Source: a bacterium (GTDB taxonomy: Bacteria; UBA8248). From it: a stretch of 64,000 nt of DNA. Position 1 is the stretch's first letter, and each line of letters starts with the position of its first letter. The position numbers and the translations under genes are program-made. The stretch covers positions 2,272,001 through 2,336,000 of the forward strand of contig OZ241326.1 of assembly GCA_965199855.1 (NCBI GenBank), read 5' to 3'. This document shows positions 37,154 through 47,047 of this stretch, in pieces. The notes beneath the pieces were generated by a model, which saw nothing but the letters and a program-made list of their open reading frames with translations, was not told where the DNA came from and ran no database searches.

Positions 37154-38923
37154 ATGAGCGAGGGCCCCGAAGTCAAGGCGCGAACCGAGGATCGCGACGG
37201 CATGAGAATCACCTGGCACCAGCCCATCGAGATGGACGACGGCCTCGTTCTCCGCGCCGACGTGTTCCGGCCCGTCGAGGAGGGGAAGTATCCCGTCATC
37301 CTCACCTATGGAATCTACGCCAAGGGGGTGGCCTACCAGGAGGGCTATCACCACCAGTGGAGCAAGATGGTCGAGGACTACCCCGAAATCCTGGAGATGT
37401 CCACGAACAAGTACCAGAACTGGGAGGTGACGGACCCCGAATGCTGGATTCCGCACGGCTACGTCTGCGTCCGCGTGGACTCGCGCGGGGCGGGCTGGTC
37501 GCCGGGCTTCATGGAGCCCAACTCGCCGCGGGAGATTGACGACCTCTACCAGTGCATCGAATGGGCGGGCGTTCAGGCGTGGAGCAGCGGCAAGGTGGGG
37601 ATGCTGGGAATCTCCTACTACGCCCGCAACCAGTGGCGGGTGGCGGGCCTGAAGCCCCCGCATCTGGCCGCCATCATCCCCTGGGAGGGCGGGAACGACG
37701 CCTACCGCGATTCGGGCTACCACGGCGGCATCCTGAGCCAGTTCACCGAGCAGTGGTCGAAGGTGCAGGTGATGAACGTTCAATACGGCCGGGGGGAGAA
37801 CGCGCGAAAGCACCCCGTGACGGGAGAGTCCGCCGCCGGGCCGATTACGCTCTCCGAGGAGGCGCTTGCGAACAACCGCGTCAACGCCTTCGAGGAGCTC
37901 AAGAAGCACCCCTTCGACGATCAGTGGCACCGGGATCGCTCGGCCGACCTCTCGAAGGTCTCGCTGCCCCTCCTGACCTGCGCCAACTGGGGCGGCCAGG
38001 GCATTCACCCGCGCGGAAACTTCAACGGCTACGTCGAGTCGCCCTCGGAGCAAAAGTGGCTCGAGGCGCACGGCGACTCGCACTGGTCGCTCTTCTCGAG
38101 CGCCTACGGCCTGGATCTGCAGAAGCGCTTCTTCGACCATTTCCTGAAGGGCGAGGACAACGGCTGGGAGAAGACCCCGCCCGTGACGCTCAACGTCCGC
38201 CACCCGGGGCCGCGCTTCGTCCTTCGCCATGAAAACGAATGGCCCCTGGCGCGCGCGCAGTGGACGAAGTTCTATCTCGACCTGGAGAGCGAGGCGCTCT
38301 CGCGGACGCCCGCCGCGCGCGAGGCGCGCCTCGAATACGACGCCATGGGGGACGGCCTCACCTTCCGGACGCCCCCGATGACGGAGGAGACGGAAATCAC
38401 GGGCCCCATGGCCTCCAGGCTCTTCGTCTCCTCCTCCACCGAGGACGCCGACCTGTTCCTCATCGTCCGCGTGTTCGACCCCGAGGGGAAGGAACTCACC
38501 TTCATGGGCTCCACCGACCCGCACACGCCGATCGCCAACGGCTGGCTGCGCGCGTCGCACCGCGCCCTGGTTCCCGAGAAAAGCTCCATCTACCGCCCCT
38601 ACCACCCCCACGACAGGGCCGAGCCGCTCGCGCCCGGCGAGGTCTATGAGTGCGACGTGGAGATCGTCGCCTCGTGCATCGTCGTCCCCGCCGGCTGGCG
38701 GGTGGCGCTCACCGTTCGCGGGAAGGACTACGAATATACGGGCGAGGTCAGCGAGTTCGCCAAGCGGTTCCACTACTCCACGAAAGGCACGGGCGGCATG
38801 ACGCACAACGACCCGGACAACCGCCCGCCGGCGATCTTCGACAACAGGGTGACCCTCCACGCGGGCGGCGGGCGCGACCCCTACCTGCTCCTGCCCATCA
38901 TCCCGCCGAAGGAGGGGGAGTAG
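37154..38923 (+). CDS. CocE/NonD family hydrolase (peptidase S15)
   Basis: LRADVFRP, DSRGAGWSPG, GISYY, GWLRASHR. Confidence 0.92.
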   Translation: MSEGPEVKARTEDRDGMRITWHQPIEMDDGLVLRADVFRPVEEGKYPVILTYGIYAKGVAYQEGYHHQWSKMVEDYPEILEMSTNKYQNWEVTDPECWIPHGYVCVRVDSRGAGWSPGFMEPNSPREIDDLYQCIEWAGVQAWSSGKVGMLGISYYARNQWRVAGLKPPHLAAIIPWEGGNDAYRDSGYHGGILSQFTEQWSKVQVMNVQYGRGENARKHPVTGESAAGPITLSEEALANNRVNAFEELKKHPFDDQWHRDRSADLSKVSLPLLTCANWGGQGIHPRGNFNGYVESPSEQKWLEAHGDSHWSLFSSAYGLDLQKRFFDHFLKGEDNGWEKTPPVTLNVRHPGPRFVLRHENEWPLARAQWTKFYLDLESEALSRTPAAREARLEYDAMGDGLTFRTPPMTEETEITGPMASRLFVSSSTEDADLFLIVRVFDPEGKELTFMGSTDPHTPIANGWLRASHRALVPEKSSIYRPYHPHDRAEPLAPGEVYECDVEIVASCIVVPAGWRVALTVRGKDYEYTGEVSEFAKRFHYSTKGTGGMTHNDPDNRPPAIFDNRVTLHAGGGRDPYLLLPIIPPKEGE

Positions 38924-39049
38924 AGAAGCAAGGATTTCGCTCGTCCGGCCGAAGCGGGGAAGGCGAGGGAGAGCCGCGCCGTCCGGCGGTGGTTCGGGCT
39001 TCAGGCCGCCCTCGCGCGGGCGGCGCCCGAAGGCCGGCCCGCCTGAGGG

Positions 39050-39817
39050 TCACCCGGCGGCGGAGCGTCCGCCGTCCACCACGACGTGCTGCCCGGTGAG
39101 GTAGTCCGAGGCGGCGGAGCACAGAAAGAGCGCGGCGCCCGCCGCGTCCTCGGGCAGGCCCGCGCGCGCCGCCGGCGTCCGCGCCAGCACCTCCCTCATT
39201 TTCCCGGGATTCGCGAAGAGGCCCTCCGTCATCGGCGTGCGCGTGAGCTGCGGCCCCAGGGCGTTCACCTGAATCCCATGCGGCGCCCACTCGATCGCCA
39301 GGGCGCGGGCGAGCGAGACGACCGCCCCCTTCGTGGCGGCATAGACGGCCTGGTTCGGCGCCGCGCGCTCGGCCACCATGGAGGCGAGGAAAAGGATTTT
39401 TCCGCCCTCCCCCTGCGGAATCATCACCCGCGCCGCCTCCCGGGCGCAGAGGAACGCCCCGCGCGCGTTGCAGGCGAGCAGCGCGTCCACCTCGGCCGGC
39501 GCGCATTCGAGGGCGGGCTTCACGAGGTTGATCGCCGCGCTGTGGACGAGGACGTGAAGCCCCCCGTGAAGGGCGGCGGCGTCCCTGATCAGGCGGGAGA
39601 CCGCCTCCGCGTCCGCGACGTCGCAGGGGAGGAACCGCGCCTCCAGGCCCTCCGCCCGAAGCGCCGCGAGCGCCTCCTCGCCGCGAGCGCCTGAGCGGCC
39701 CGCAAGCGCCACGCGCGCCCCCGCCCCCGCGAGCGCCCCGCCTATCGCCAGCCCGATGCCGGAGGTTCCGCCCGTAACGAGCGCGGAGCGGCCCGCGAGC
39801 CCGAATTTCTCCATCAT
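39050..39817 (-). CDS. Short-chain dehydrogenase/reductase
   Basis: TGGTSGIG, YAATK, YLTGQ..VDGG. Confidence 0.9.
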   Translation of the reverse strand: MMEKFGLAGRSALVTGGTSGIGLAIGGALAGAGARVALAGRSGARGEEALAALRAEGLEARFLPCDVADAEAVSRLIRDAAALHGGLHVLVHSAAINLVKPALECAPAEVDALLACNARGAFLCAREAARVMIPQGEGGKILFLASMVAERAAPNQAVYAATKGAVVSLARALAIEWAPHGIQVNALGPQLTRTPMTEGLFANPGKMREVLARTPAARAGLPEDAAGAALFLCSAASDYLTGQHVVVDGGRSAAG

Positions 39818-39843
39818 CCTCCCGCCTCCCGACGCGCCCGCGC

Positions 39844-40653
39844 TCACAGGCGCGCCCTGAGATACGCGATCGTCCTGGTCGCCGCCGTCCGGAAGTCGGG
39901 CTTCTGGGCGAGCTGCGCCGAGAGATAGCCCGCGTAGCCCACCTCCTTCAGGGCGGCGATGATCTCGTCGAAGGGAACGTGGCCCGACCCCGGATAGGTG
40001 CGCATGTTGTCGGCGACGTGGAAATACTCGATGCGCCCGCCCGCCTCGCGGATGGCGCCCGCGAAGGAGGCGTCCTCGATGTTCATGTGAAAGCTGTCGA
40101 TGAGAAGCCCCATCGCCTCGTGGCCCATCTCGTCGAGAAGCGCCAGGCCCTCCCGGGTGGAGCGCGCGAAGTTCGTGTTGAAGCGGTGGTGCGGCTCGAA
40201 GAGCATCCGGATTCCGCGCGCCGCCGCCCGGTCGGCGCCCGCCCGCAGCGCGTCCCGCATCCAGCCCTCGGAGGCCGCCCTGCCCTCTCCCTCCAGGAGA
40301 CTCCCCCGGAAGCGGCCGATGTTCACCGGACAGCCGAGCCCGCCCGCGAAGTCCACGTGGCCGAAGAGGCGCTCCAGCGCCCGTGCGCGCGCCTCCGCGT
40401 CCGGGTGGCACAGCTCCAGCCCGTCCTGATAGGAAATGGGCGCCGTGCCGACGAGGGAGACCTCCAGGCCCGATTCCTCGAGGGCGCGGCGGAGCGCGTC
40501 CCCGTCGAAGGCGGCCGCGTCCCGAACCGCGAGCTCCACGCCGTCGAAGCCCGCCTCCTTCAGAAACGCGAGATTGTCGCTGAACGCGCCGCGCACGGCG
40601 GGCATCAGGGGGGTCGTGACGTCGGGCGTCGCCACCACGTAGCCGATTTTCAT
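39844..40653 (-). CDS. Sugar phosphate isomerase/epimerase (TIM barrel, IolO/AP_endonuc_2-like)
   Basis: GFDGVEL, EPHHRF, DSFHMNIED, HVADNMR.YPGSGH. Confidence 0.88.
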   Translation of the reverse strand: MKIGYVVATPDVTTPLMPAVRGAFSDNLAFLKEAGFDGVELAVRDAAAFDGDALRRALEESGLEVSLVGTAPISYQDGLELCHPDAEARARALERLFGHVDFAGGLGCPVNIGRFRGSLLEGEGRAASEGWMRDALRAGADRAAARGIRMLFEPHHRFNTNFARSTREGLALLDEMGHEAMGLLIDSFHMNIEDASFAGAIREAGGRIEYFHVADNMRTYPGSGHVPFDEIIAALKEVGYAGYLSAQLAQKPDFRTAATRTIAYLRARL

Positions 40654-40836
40654 TCCATGAGGCTCCTCTGCGTCATTCCATCATCCGGGCTGCGCGACTC
40701 TTCCGAAAGCGCGCCCCGCCCGCACGGGCGGGGGGACACTATAGCCCCGACGCCCGGCGGGGTGAAGCCGCGCCGTTGCCCGAACGCCGGCGATTCGGTA
40801 GCCTTGGCGCTTCCACGCGAACCCCGGAGGAAGGGC

Positions 40837-41826
40837 ATGAGAGAAGACCAGAGGCTGCTTCACGGCGCGATCGACACCCACATTCACGCCTCGCCCAGCC
40901 TGTTCCCGCGCGTCTGCGATCACGTCGAGTGCGCGCGCGGCGCCGCCTCGGCGGGGATGCGGGGGGTGGTGTTCAAAATCCACCACGGCGACACGACGGG
41001 CCGCATCCCCCTCGTCCGGGAGGCGGTGGGCGACGCCATCGAGGTCTATGGGGGCGTCACGCTCAACAGTCCGGTGGGCGGCCTCAACCCCTTCGCGGTG
41101 GACGCCGCCGTCAGGATGGGGGCGAAGATGGTGTGGATGCCCACCATCAGCGCGCTGAACCACCTCGAAAAGCTGGGCGCGCCCCATTTTCCGGGCATGA
41201 AGCAGACGCGCGGCGTCAGGCTCAAGGAGAAGGGGCTGACCATCTTCGCCGACCGGAAGCGCGCGAAGGTGCGCCCCGAGGTGCGGACCATCTGCAGGCT
41301 CATCGCCGAGGCGGGCGTCTGCCTGAGCACGGGGCACCTGAGCGTGGAGGAGGTGCGCGCCCTCATCCCCCTCGCCAGGGAGGAGGGGGTGAAGCGCATC
41401 ATCGTCCAGCACCCCGAATACATCGTGGACGCCTCCATCGAGGAGCAGGTGGAGTTCGCCGGGATGGGCGCCTACATCGAGCATCTCGCCATCTTTTGCT
41501 TCACCCACTGGGGCGCCTACCCGACGAACAAGAAGGCGCCGCCCATCTCCGTGAAGGAGCAGGCGAAGATGGTGAAGGCGGTGGGCGCCGCGCGCACGAT
41601 TCTTTCCACCGACCTGGGCCAGCTCCACAACGCGCCCCCCTGGGAGGGCCTGAGGATATTCGTCCAGCTCATGCTGGAGAACGGCGTGAAGCCCGAGGAG
41701 ATCGAGACGATGCTGCACAAGAACCCGGCGCGGGTTCTCGGCCTCCCGCTCAGGCCCAAAAAGCGGGCGACCGCCGCGGCATCTTCAGGCGGCCGAGGCG
41801 CGGCCCCAACGACGGCGGGAGAATGA
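40837..41826 (+). CDS. Amidohydrolase-like metalloprotein (DUF6282-like)
   Basis: IDTHIHASP, GGLNP, VWMPT, TGHLS, STDLGQ, NPAR. Confidence 0.82.
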   Translation: MREDQRLLHGAIDTHIHASPSLFPRVCDHVECARGAASAGMRGVVFKIHHGDTTGRIPLVREAVGDAIEVYGGVTLNSPVGGLNPFAVDAAVRMGAKMVWMPTISALNHLEKLGAPHFPGMKQTRGVRLKEKGLTIFADRKRAKVRPEVRTICRLIAEAGVCLSTGHLSVEEVRALIPLAREEGVKRIIVQHPEYIVDASIEEQVEFAGMGAYIEHLAIFCFTHWGAYPTNKKAPPISVKEQAKMVKAVGAARTILSTDLGQLHNAPPWEGLRIFVQLMLENGVKPEEIETMLHKNPARVLGLPLRPKKRATAAASSGGRGAAPTTAGE

Positions 41827-41863
41827 CGACAAGAAAAGGCGGGCGCGGGGAATTCAGACGGCT

Positions 41864-43159
41864 CTACGGGATCGATCGCGCCGCGTCCCGGACGAAGCGG
41901 CCCAGGCTCCGCCGCGCCGCCTCCCCGAAATTCCCGAACATCTCGAGCGTGGCCCGCTTGCTGCCCTCCACCGCCGGCTGATCGAAGGGGTTGACGCCGC
42001 GCAGCAGGCCGCCATAGACGGCCGCCCACTGCCAGAGCGCGATGAGGCGGCACACGTCGCCGACGCCCAGGGAATCGAGCGTGAGGACGAGATGGGGCGT
42101 CCCCCTCCGCTCGGCCTCCCGAACGACGCCCGCGTGCTCCATGTGAAGAAATTCCGCGCAGGTGCTCTCGCCTCCCTCGAGAGGCTCATCTCCCTCGAGG
42201 CGCTCTACGCGCAGCGAGAGGCCCATCATGCTCCCGCGTCCGCCGAAATAGCGCTGGTTCGTGTGGTGCTGGCTCTCGGGCGCCGCCGCCGCGAGAATCG
42301 TCTGGCCCAGGCCCTCCTTGCAGTAGCTCTCATGGACGAGCTGGACGATGAGCTCGCCCGCCCCCGAGAGCGCGTGGGCGTATATCGGCATGAACGCCTC
42401 CGTGAAGCCCAGCTCTTCCGCCCGCCACAGCGCCAGCGCCAGATATTTCGCCACGTTCTCGCGGAGGGGAGAGTCGGGGCGAAGCGTTCGGTGGGCGTCG
42501 GCGAAGGCTTTGTCTATCTCGCGGACGAGCGCCGTGCTCCCCTCCAGCATCGCCAGGGGCAGGAGCGCGCTGTTCTGCGCGGCGGTGAACCGCCCGCCCA
42601 CCTCGTCGGGATGCGGAAAGGTCGGCAGCCTCCTCGCCTCGACCATCGAGGCGAGCTTGCTGGGGCCGGATGAGGTGATCGCCACCGCCTCATACCCGCG
42701 CGCCAGCAGAAGCGCCGTCTCCTGAATCACGTTTTCCGTGCTCCCCGACTTGCTCACGGGAACCAGCAGGGCGCTGCCGGGATGGAGCGCGCCGTCCGCG
42801 CGCAGGAGCTCGCCGAGCAGGCCGCTCGCGTCCGTGCCGTCGAGCAGATGCAGTTTCCGGGCAAAGCCCCGCCCGGACAGGGCGCGATAGAGCGCCCATG
42901 CGTTTCGTATCGAGCCGCCGTTTCCGACCACGACGACGTGCGCCTTCCCCTCCGCCGGCGCGAGCATGGCCTCCATGCCGTCCACGTCCGCGCGCTCGAC
43001 GGCGAAACGGGGCATGGCCTCTCCCCCCTGATGGCGCGCTATCATCTCCCCGCATTTCGCGGCGTCGTCCAGAAGGTCTCTTTTCTCGCGCCAGAGGGCG
43101 TCCTTTCCCCGCTCGCCGAGAGGCGCCTCGAAACTCCTCGCATACAGATGCAGGCCCAA
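41864..43159 (-). CDS. pgi: Glucose-6-phosphate isomerase (divergent)
   Basis: GNGGS, SKSGST, VGGRF, QLVHES, NPFDQPAVEGSK. Confidence 0.85.
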   Translation of the reverse strand: MGLHLYARSFEAPLGERGKDALWREKRDLLDDAAKCGEMIARHQGGEAMPRFAVERADVDGMEAMLAPAEGKAHVVVVGNGGSIRNAWALYRALSGRGFARKLHLLDGTDASGLLGELLRADGALHPGSALLVPVSKSGSTENVIQETALLLARGYEAVAITSSGPSKLASMVEARRLPTFPHPDEVGGRFTAAQNSALLPLAMLEGSTALVREIDKAFADAHRTLRPDSPLRENVAKYLALALWRAEELGFTEAFMPIYAHALSGAGELIVQLVHESYCKEGLGQTILAAAAPESQHHTNQRYFGGRGSMMGLSLRVERLEGDEPLEGGESTCAEFLHMEHAGVVREAERRGTPHLVLTLDSLGVGDVCRLIALWQWAAVYGGLLRGVNPFDQPAVEGSKRATLEMFGNFGEAARRSLGRFVRDAARSIP

Positions 43160-43172
43160 AACCGCGCTCCTC

Positions 43173-44054
43173 TTAAAGCGGCGAAGAAGCCTCGCCGCCG
43201 ATCGGCCCCTCGTCCAGATGCGCCCGGAAGCTGCGGACGACGATGGGAATGATGCCGGAGGGGGGAAGATTCAGCCGCCCGAAGGCGAACGCCGCCGCCT
43301 CTTCCGCCGAAAGTTCTCCCCCGCTTCGCGCCAGAGCCTCCTGAACCAGGGCGTCGATTTCCCTCAAATAGTTCGCCCCGCTTTCGAGATGGGCGGCGAT
43401 CGCCTCGTCGCGCGAGACCTCCCGGCTCATGGCGGAGAGCAAAACCCTCGCTCCCTCGACGGCTTTCAGCCTCTCCAGGCTCCGCAGGGTGGACGCCACG
43501 CCCTCGTAGATGGGCGGCGCGCCCGGCTCGGGCAGAACGTCCCCGCAGATGAGCGCGCCCTCCCCGGGAAGGAAGAAGGAGAGGCCGCCCGCCGAGTGCC
43601 CGGGGGTGCGCATCACCCGGAGGGCGATTCCGCCCGGGGATATTTCATCCCCCTCCGAGAGGAAGCCCGCGACCTTCGAGGGGCCCTCCGCCGCCTCGCG
43701 CATCCGCCCCACCGGGCGGACGCGATGCTGATGGTCGAGGTCCTCTATCATCCTTCTCTCGGTTTCGGACGCCAGAAACTCGGGCCGCGCCCTCTCCTCT
43801 ATCGCCCCGCAGCCGCCGACGTGGTCGAAATGCGAATGCGTGAGCAGAACGTAGGCTATCTCGTCCGGCTTTCGCCCGATGGATTCGACGTAGTCGAATA
43901 TCCGGGAAGCGGTGGCGGCGACGCCCGCGTCGATGAGGGTGAGCGTCTCGCCCTCGAGAATATGGGAGGTCACGAACCTGGGAATCCGCGCCCCCTCCGG
44001 CGTCTCGATTCCGAATTCCAGCCAGAGGCAATGGACGCGAGGGGTGATTCGCAT
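43173..44054 (-). CDS. Metallo-beta-lactamase fold hydrolase
   Basis: LIDAG, THSHFDHVGG, TPGHS, CGD. Confidence 0.88.
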   Translation of the reverse strand: MRITPRVHCLWLEFGIETPEGARIPRFVTSHILEGETLTLIDAGVAATASRIFDYVESIGRKPDEIAYVLLTHSHFDHVGGCGAIEERARPEFLASETERRMIEDLDHQHRVRPVGRMREAAEGPSKVAGFLSEGDEISPGGIALRVMRTPGHSAGGLSFFLPGEGALICGDVLPEPGAPPIYEGVASTLRSLERLKAVEGARVLLSAMSREVSRDEAIAAHLESGANYLREIDALVQEALARSGGELSAEEAAAFAFGRLNLPPSGIIPIVVRSFRAHLDEGPIGGEASSPL

Positions 44055-44462
44055 GAAGCCATCCGAGGCGGGCGGAGAAAATCTTCCGGTTCACGGGACG
44101 CCCGCCGCCCGACCGGAGCGCCCGCGCCCCGGGAGCAATCTACCAGAACGCCCCGCCGGCTGAGAAGCGCCCCCGCCGGGCGAACGCGCGGCGGCGCGTC
44201 CCTGAAAAAATCATTGAAGCCGACCACCCGTTTTTCCCGGGGAAAAGCCCCCGTTCGCCTCCTGAAGAATTTCCCCCGGACGCCCTCAGGCCGCTCCGTT
44301 CATTTTTATGATATTTTTCCCGATATCGGCGTATTTTTTTCTTGTTCCGCCCGCTTTTCTTGCTGTATAAATCCGCCTTGCGGTTTTCCGGGGCAGCGCG
44401 CCCGAAAGCCGCGAAACCACCGCCGCCGGGCAGGAAGAACCACCTTCGCTGAGGGCAAGACG

Positions 44463-44882
44463 ATGAACGCGACCACCCTGGGCTTCACGCTTCTCTCCGT
44501 CCTTTGCTTCGGGGTATGGGGACTCTTCATGAAGATGGGGCAGGAGCGCCTGGGCGCGCTGCCCCACCTCATGGGAATGGGGCTGACCGCCGCCGCCGTC
44601 GTCGCCCTCGCCCTGATGAGCAGGCGCTTCCCCCTGCCGCCGATGCGGACGGACGTCTGGCTGCCCGTCGTCGCCACGCTGGTCACCCTGGTGGGGATGC
44701 TCTGCCTGGTCATCGCCCTCTCGAAGGCGGGCGGGCAGATCGCGGGCGTGGTGGCGCTCTCGGCGCTCTACCCGGGGGTCACGGCGGTGATGGCGGCGAT
44801 CTTCTTGGGCGAGGGCTTCTCGGTCGCCAAGATGGGCGGGCTGGCCTGCGCGGCGCTCGCCGCGTTCCTCTTCACGCGCTAG
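44463..44882 (+). CDS. Single-domain EamA/DMT family membrane protein
   Basis: 139 aa, 5 TM segments, GVWG, ALYP, FLGE. Confidence 0.85.
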   Translation: MNATTLGFTLLSVLCFGVWGLFMKMGQERLGALPHLMGMGLTAAAVVALALMSRRFPLPPMRTDVWLPVVATLVTLVGMLCLVIALSKAGGQIAGVVALSALYPGVTAVMAAIFLGEGFSVAKMGGLACAALAAFLFTR

Positions 44883-44899
44883 GAGCGCGCGCCCGGCCC

Positions 44900-47047
44900 A
44901 TGACGCCCCAGCGCGGACTCCGCATCGGGATCGACACGGGCGGCACGTTCACCGACGTCGTCGGCGTCCGCTCGGACACCGGCGAGGTGTTCACCACCAA
45001 GACGCCCACGACGCCGGAGGACTTCAGCGAGGGACTGCTCCGGGGGATCCGCAAAATCCTGGAGGAAGCCAAGATCCGCCCCGCCCTCGTGAGCGGGGTG
45101 TTTCACGGCACGACCGTGGCGACGAACGCCATCCTCGAGCGCCGCTTCGAGAACCTGGGGTTCATCGTCACGGAGGGGTTTCGCCATCTTCTGGAGATCG
45201 GCCGGGCGAACGACGCCGGCCGCGAGACCTACGCCGCTCCCCTCCTGCAGGGGCCGGGAGAGGCGCTCGTCCCTCCCGAGCGGATCCGGGAGGCGCGCGA
45301 GCGCGTCTCCGCCTCCGGCGAAATTCTCCGCCCCCTCAGGAAAGAAGACGCGCGCGGGCTCGCGCGGTGGTTCAGGGCGCGGCGCATCGGCTCCGTGGGG
45401 GTCTGCCTGCTCCACGCCTGCGCCGAGCCCGCGCACGAGCGCGTCATTCTCGAAGCCTTCGGGGAGGAATACCCCGAGTGCTTCGTGAGCGTATCGAGCG
45501 AGGTGATGCCCGAGCCCGGCGAATACGAGCGCGCCGTCACCACCCTGCTCGACGCCTGCGTCAAGCCGCCCGTCAAGTCCTATCTCGAGCGCAGCGCGCG
45601 GAAAATCGAGGAGGCGCTGGGCGGCGCGCCCTTCCTCGTGATGAAGAGCAACGGCGGCGTCTCCACCGCGAGGGAAATCGCCAAAAGGCCGATAGGCACC
45701 GTGCTGTCGGGGCCGGCGGCGGGGGCGCTCTCGGCGGCCTACCTGGGAAAGCTCTCGGGCCACGAGGCGCTCATCACCCTGGACGGCGGCGGCACCTCCA
45801 CCGACATCGCCGTCGTCGAGGGCGGCGAGGCCAGGCGCGCCACCCGCCACCGGCTCGACGAGTTTCACCTGCGAATGCCCATGATCGACATGGTCGCCAT
45901 CGGCACGGGGGGCGGCTCCATCGCCTGGCGAAGCGCCGAGGGAAGGCTCCGCGTCGGGCCGAGGAGCGCGGGGGCGGACCCGGGGCCCGTCTGCTACGGG
46001 AAGGGGGGGGAGGAGCCCACCCTCACCGACGCGAACCTGCTGCTCGCCCGCAGCCCCCTCCACCTGGCGGGCGGCGAGGTGAAGCTCAACAAGGCGCTCG
46101 CCATGAAGGCCATGCGCGATCTGGCGCGCCGCTTCGACATGGACCCCTACGAGATGGCCGCGGGCGTCGTCGAAATCGCCGCCTGGAACCAGGCCCACGC
46201 CGCGCGGCGGGCGACGGCGCAAAGGGGGGCGTCGCCGAAAAACTTCGGACTCATGGCCTTCGGAGGCTCCGGGCCGCTCACGGCCGGCCTCGCGGCCGAG
46301 CTTCTGGGCGTGGACGCCGTCATCGTTCCTCCCTTCGCGGGCATGACGAGCGCCTTCGGGCTGGAGGTCGTCGATCTGGTGAACGATCACGCGGCGGCCC
46401 ACCGCCAATCGGAAGAAAACCTCCGCCCCGAGGCCCTCGCCGACGCCTATGAGGAACTCGAGGCCCGCGCCGACGCGGCGCTGGCCGCCGAGGGCGTCCC
46501 CGAACACCGCCGCGAGATGCGGCGCGCGGCCGAGATGCGCTGCCAGGGAGAGGCGACCGAAATCGAGGTGGACGTGCCCGGAGGCTATCTCACCCCCTCG
46601 ACGCTGGCGGAGGCGATCGAGCGCTTCCACCTGCTCTACCGGCGCCGCCACGGCCGCAGCCGCAAGGGGAGCCGCCCGGTCGAAATCGCGCGCCTGCGCG
46701 TCACGGGCGTGGGCCTGACGGAGCCGCCCAACCTCCCCCTGATTCCCGCGGGCGACGACAGCCCCGAGGAAGCCTACAAGGGCGCGCGCCTCGTCTGGTT
46801 CCGGGAGCTGGGCGGGTTTCACGACACGCCCGTCTATTACCGGGAAAGGCTGCTGGAGGGAAACTGCATCCCGGGGCCCGCCGTCGTGGAGAGCTTCGGC
46901 AGCACCACGGCGATCTTCCCGCGCCAGGAGGCGCGGGTGGACAGATACGGGAATCTGGTGATGCGCTTCCGCTCCGAAATCCCCGAGCGCGGCGAGCGCG
47001 CCGGCAGGCCGACGGGGGCGCACGGCGTGGGAGCGGCGCGGGGATGA
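44900..47047 (+). CDS. Hydantoinase A / 5-oxoprolinase family subunit
   Basis: GIDTGGTFTD, HGTTVATNA, SGPAAG, DGGGTSTD, GPRSAGADPGPVCY. Confidence 0.93.
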   Translation: MTPQRGLRIGIDTGGTFTDVVGVRSDTGEVFTTKTPTTPEDFSEGLLRGIRKILEEAKIRPALVSGVFHGTTVATNAILERRFENLGFIVTEGFRHLLEIGRANDAGRETYAAPLLQGPGEALVPPERIREARERVSASGEILRPLRKEDARGLARWFRARRIGSVGVCLLHACAEPAHERVILEAFGEEYPECFVSVSSEVMPEPGEYERAVTTLLDACVKPPVKSYLERSARKIEEALGGAPFLVMKSNGGVSTAREIAKRPIGTVLSGPAAGALSAAYLGKLSGHEALITLDGGGTSTDIAVVEGGEARRATRHRLDEFHLRMPMIDMVAIGTGGGSIAWRSAEGRLRVGPRSAGADPGPVCYGKGGEEPTLTDANLLLARSPLHLAGGEVKLNKALAMKAMRDLARRFDMDPYEMAAGVVEIAAWNQAHAARRATAQRGASPKNFGLMAFGGSGPLTAGLAAELLGVDAVIVPPFAGMTSAFGLEVVDLVNDHAAAHRQSEENLRPEALADAYEELEARADAALAAEGVPEHRREMRRAAEMRCQGEATEIEVDVPGGYLTPSTLAEAIERFHLLYRRRHGRSRKGSRPVEIARLRVTGVGLTEPPNLPLIPAGDDSPEEAYKGARLVWFRELGGFHDTPVYYRERLLEGNCIPGPAVVESFGSTTAIFPRQEARVDRYGNLVMRFRSEIPERGERAGRPTGAHGVGAARG

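Noticed and set aside
44150-44230. GCTGAGA suggesting a TPP riboswitch (tenA is in the window)
   Set aside because: Downstream CCTGA..TAAT..GCG elements are absent; tenA has only a 25-nt upstream gap
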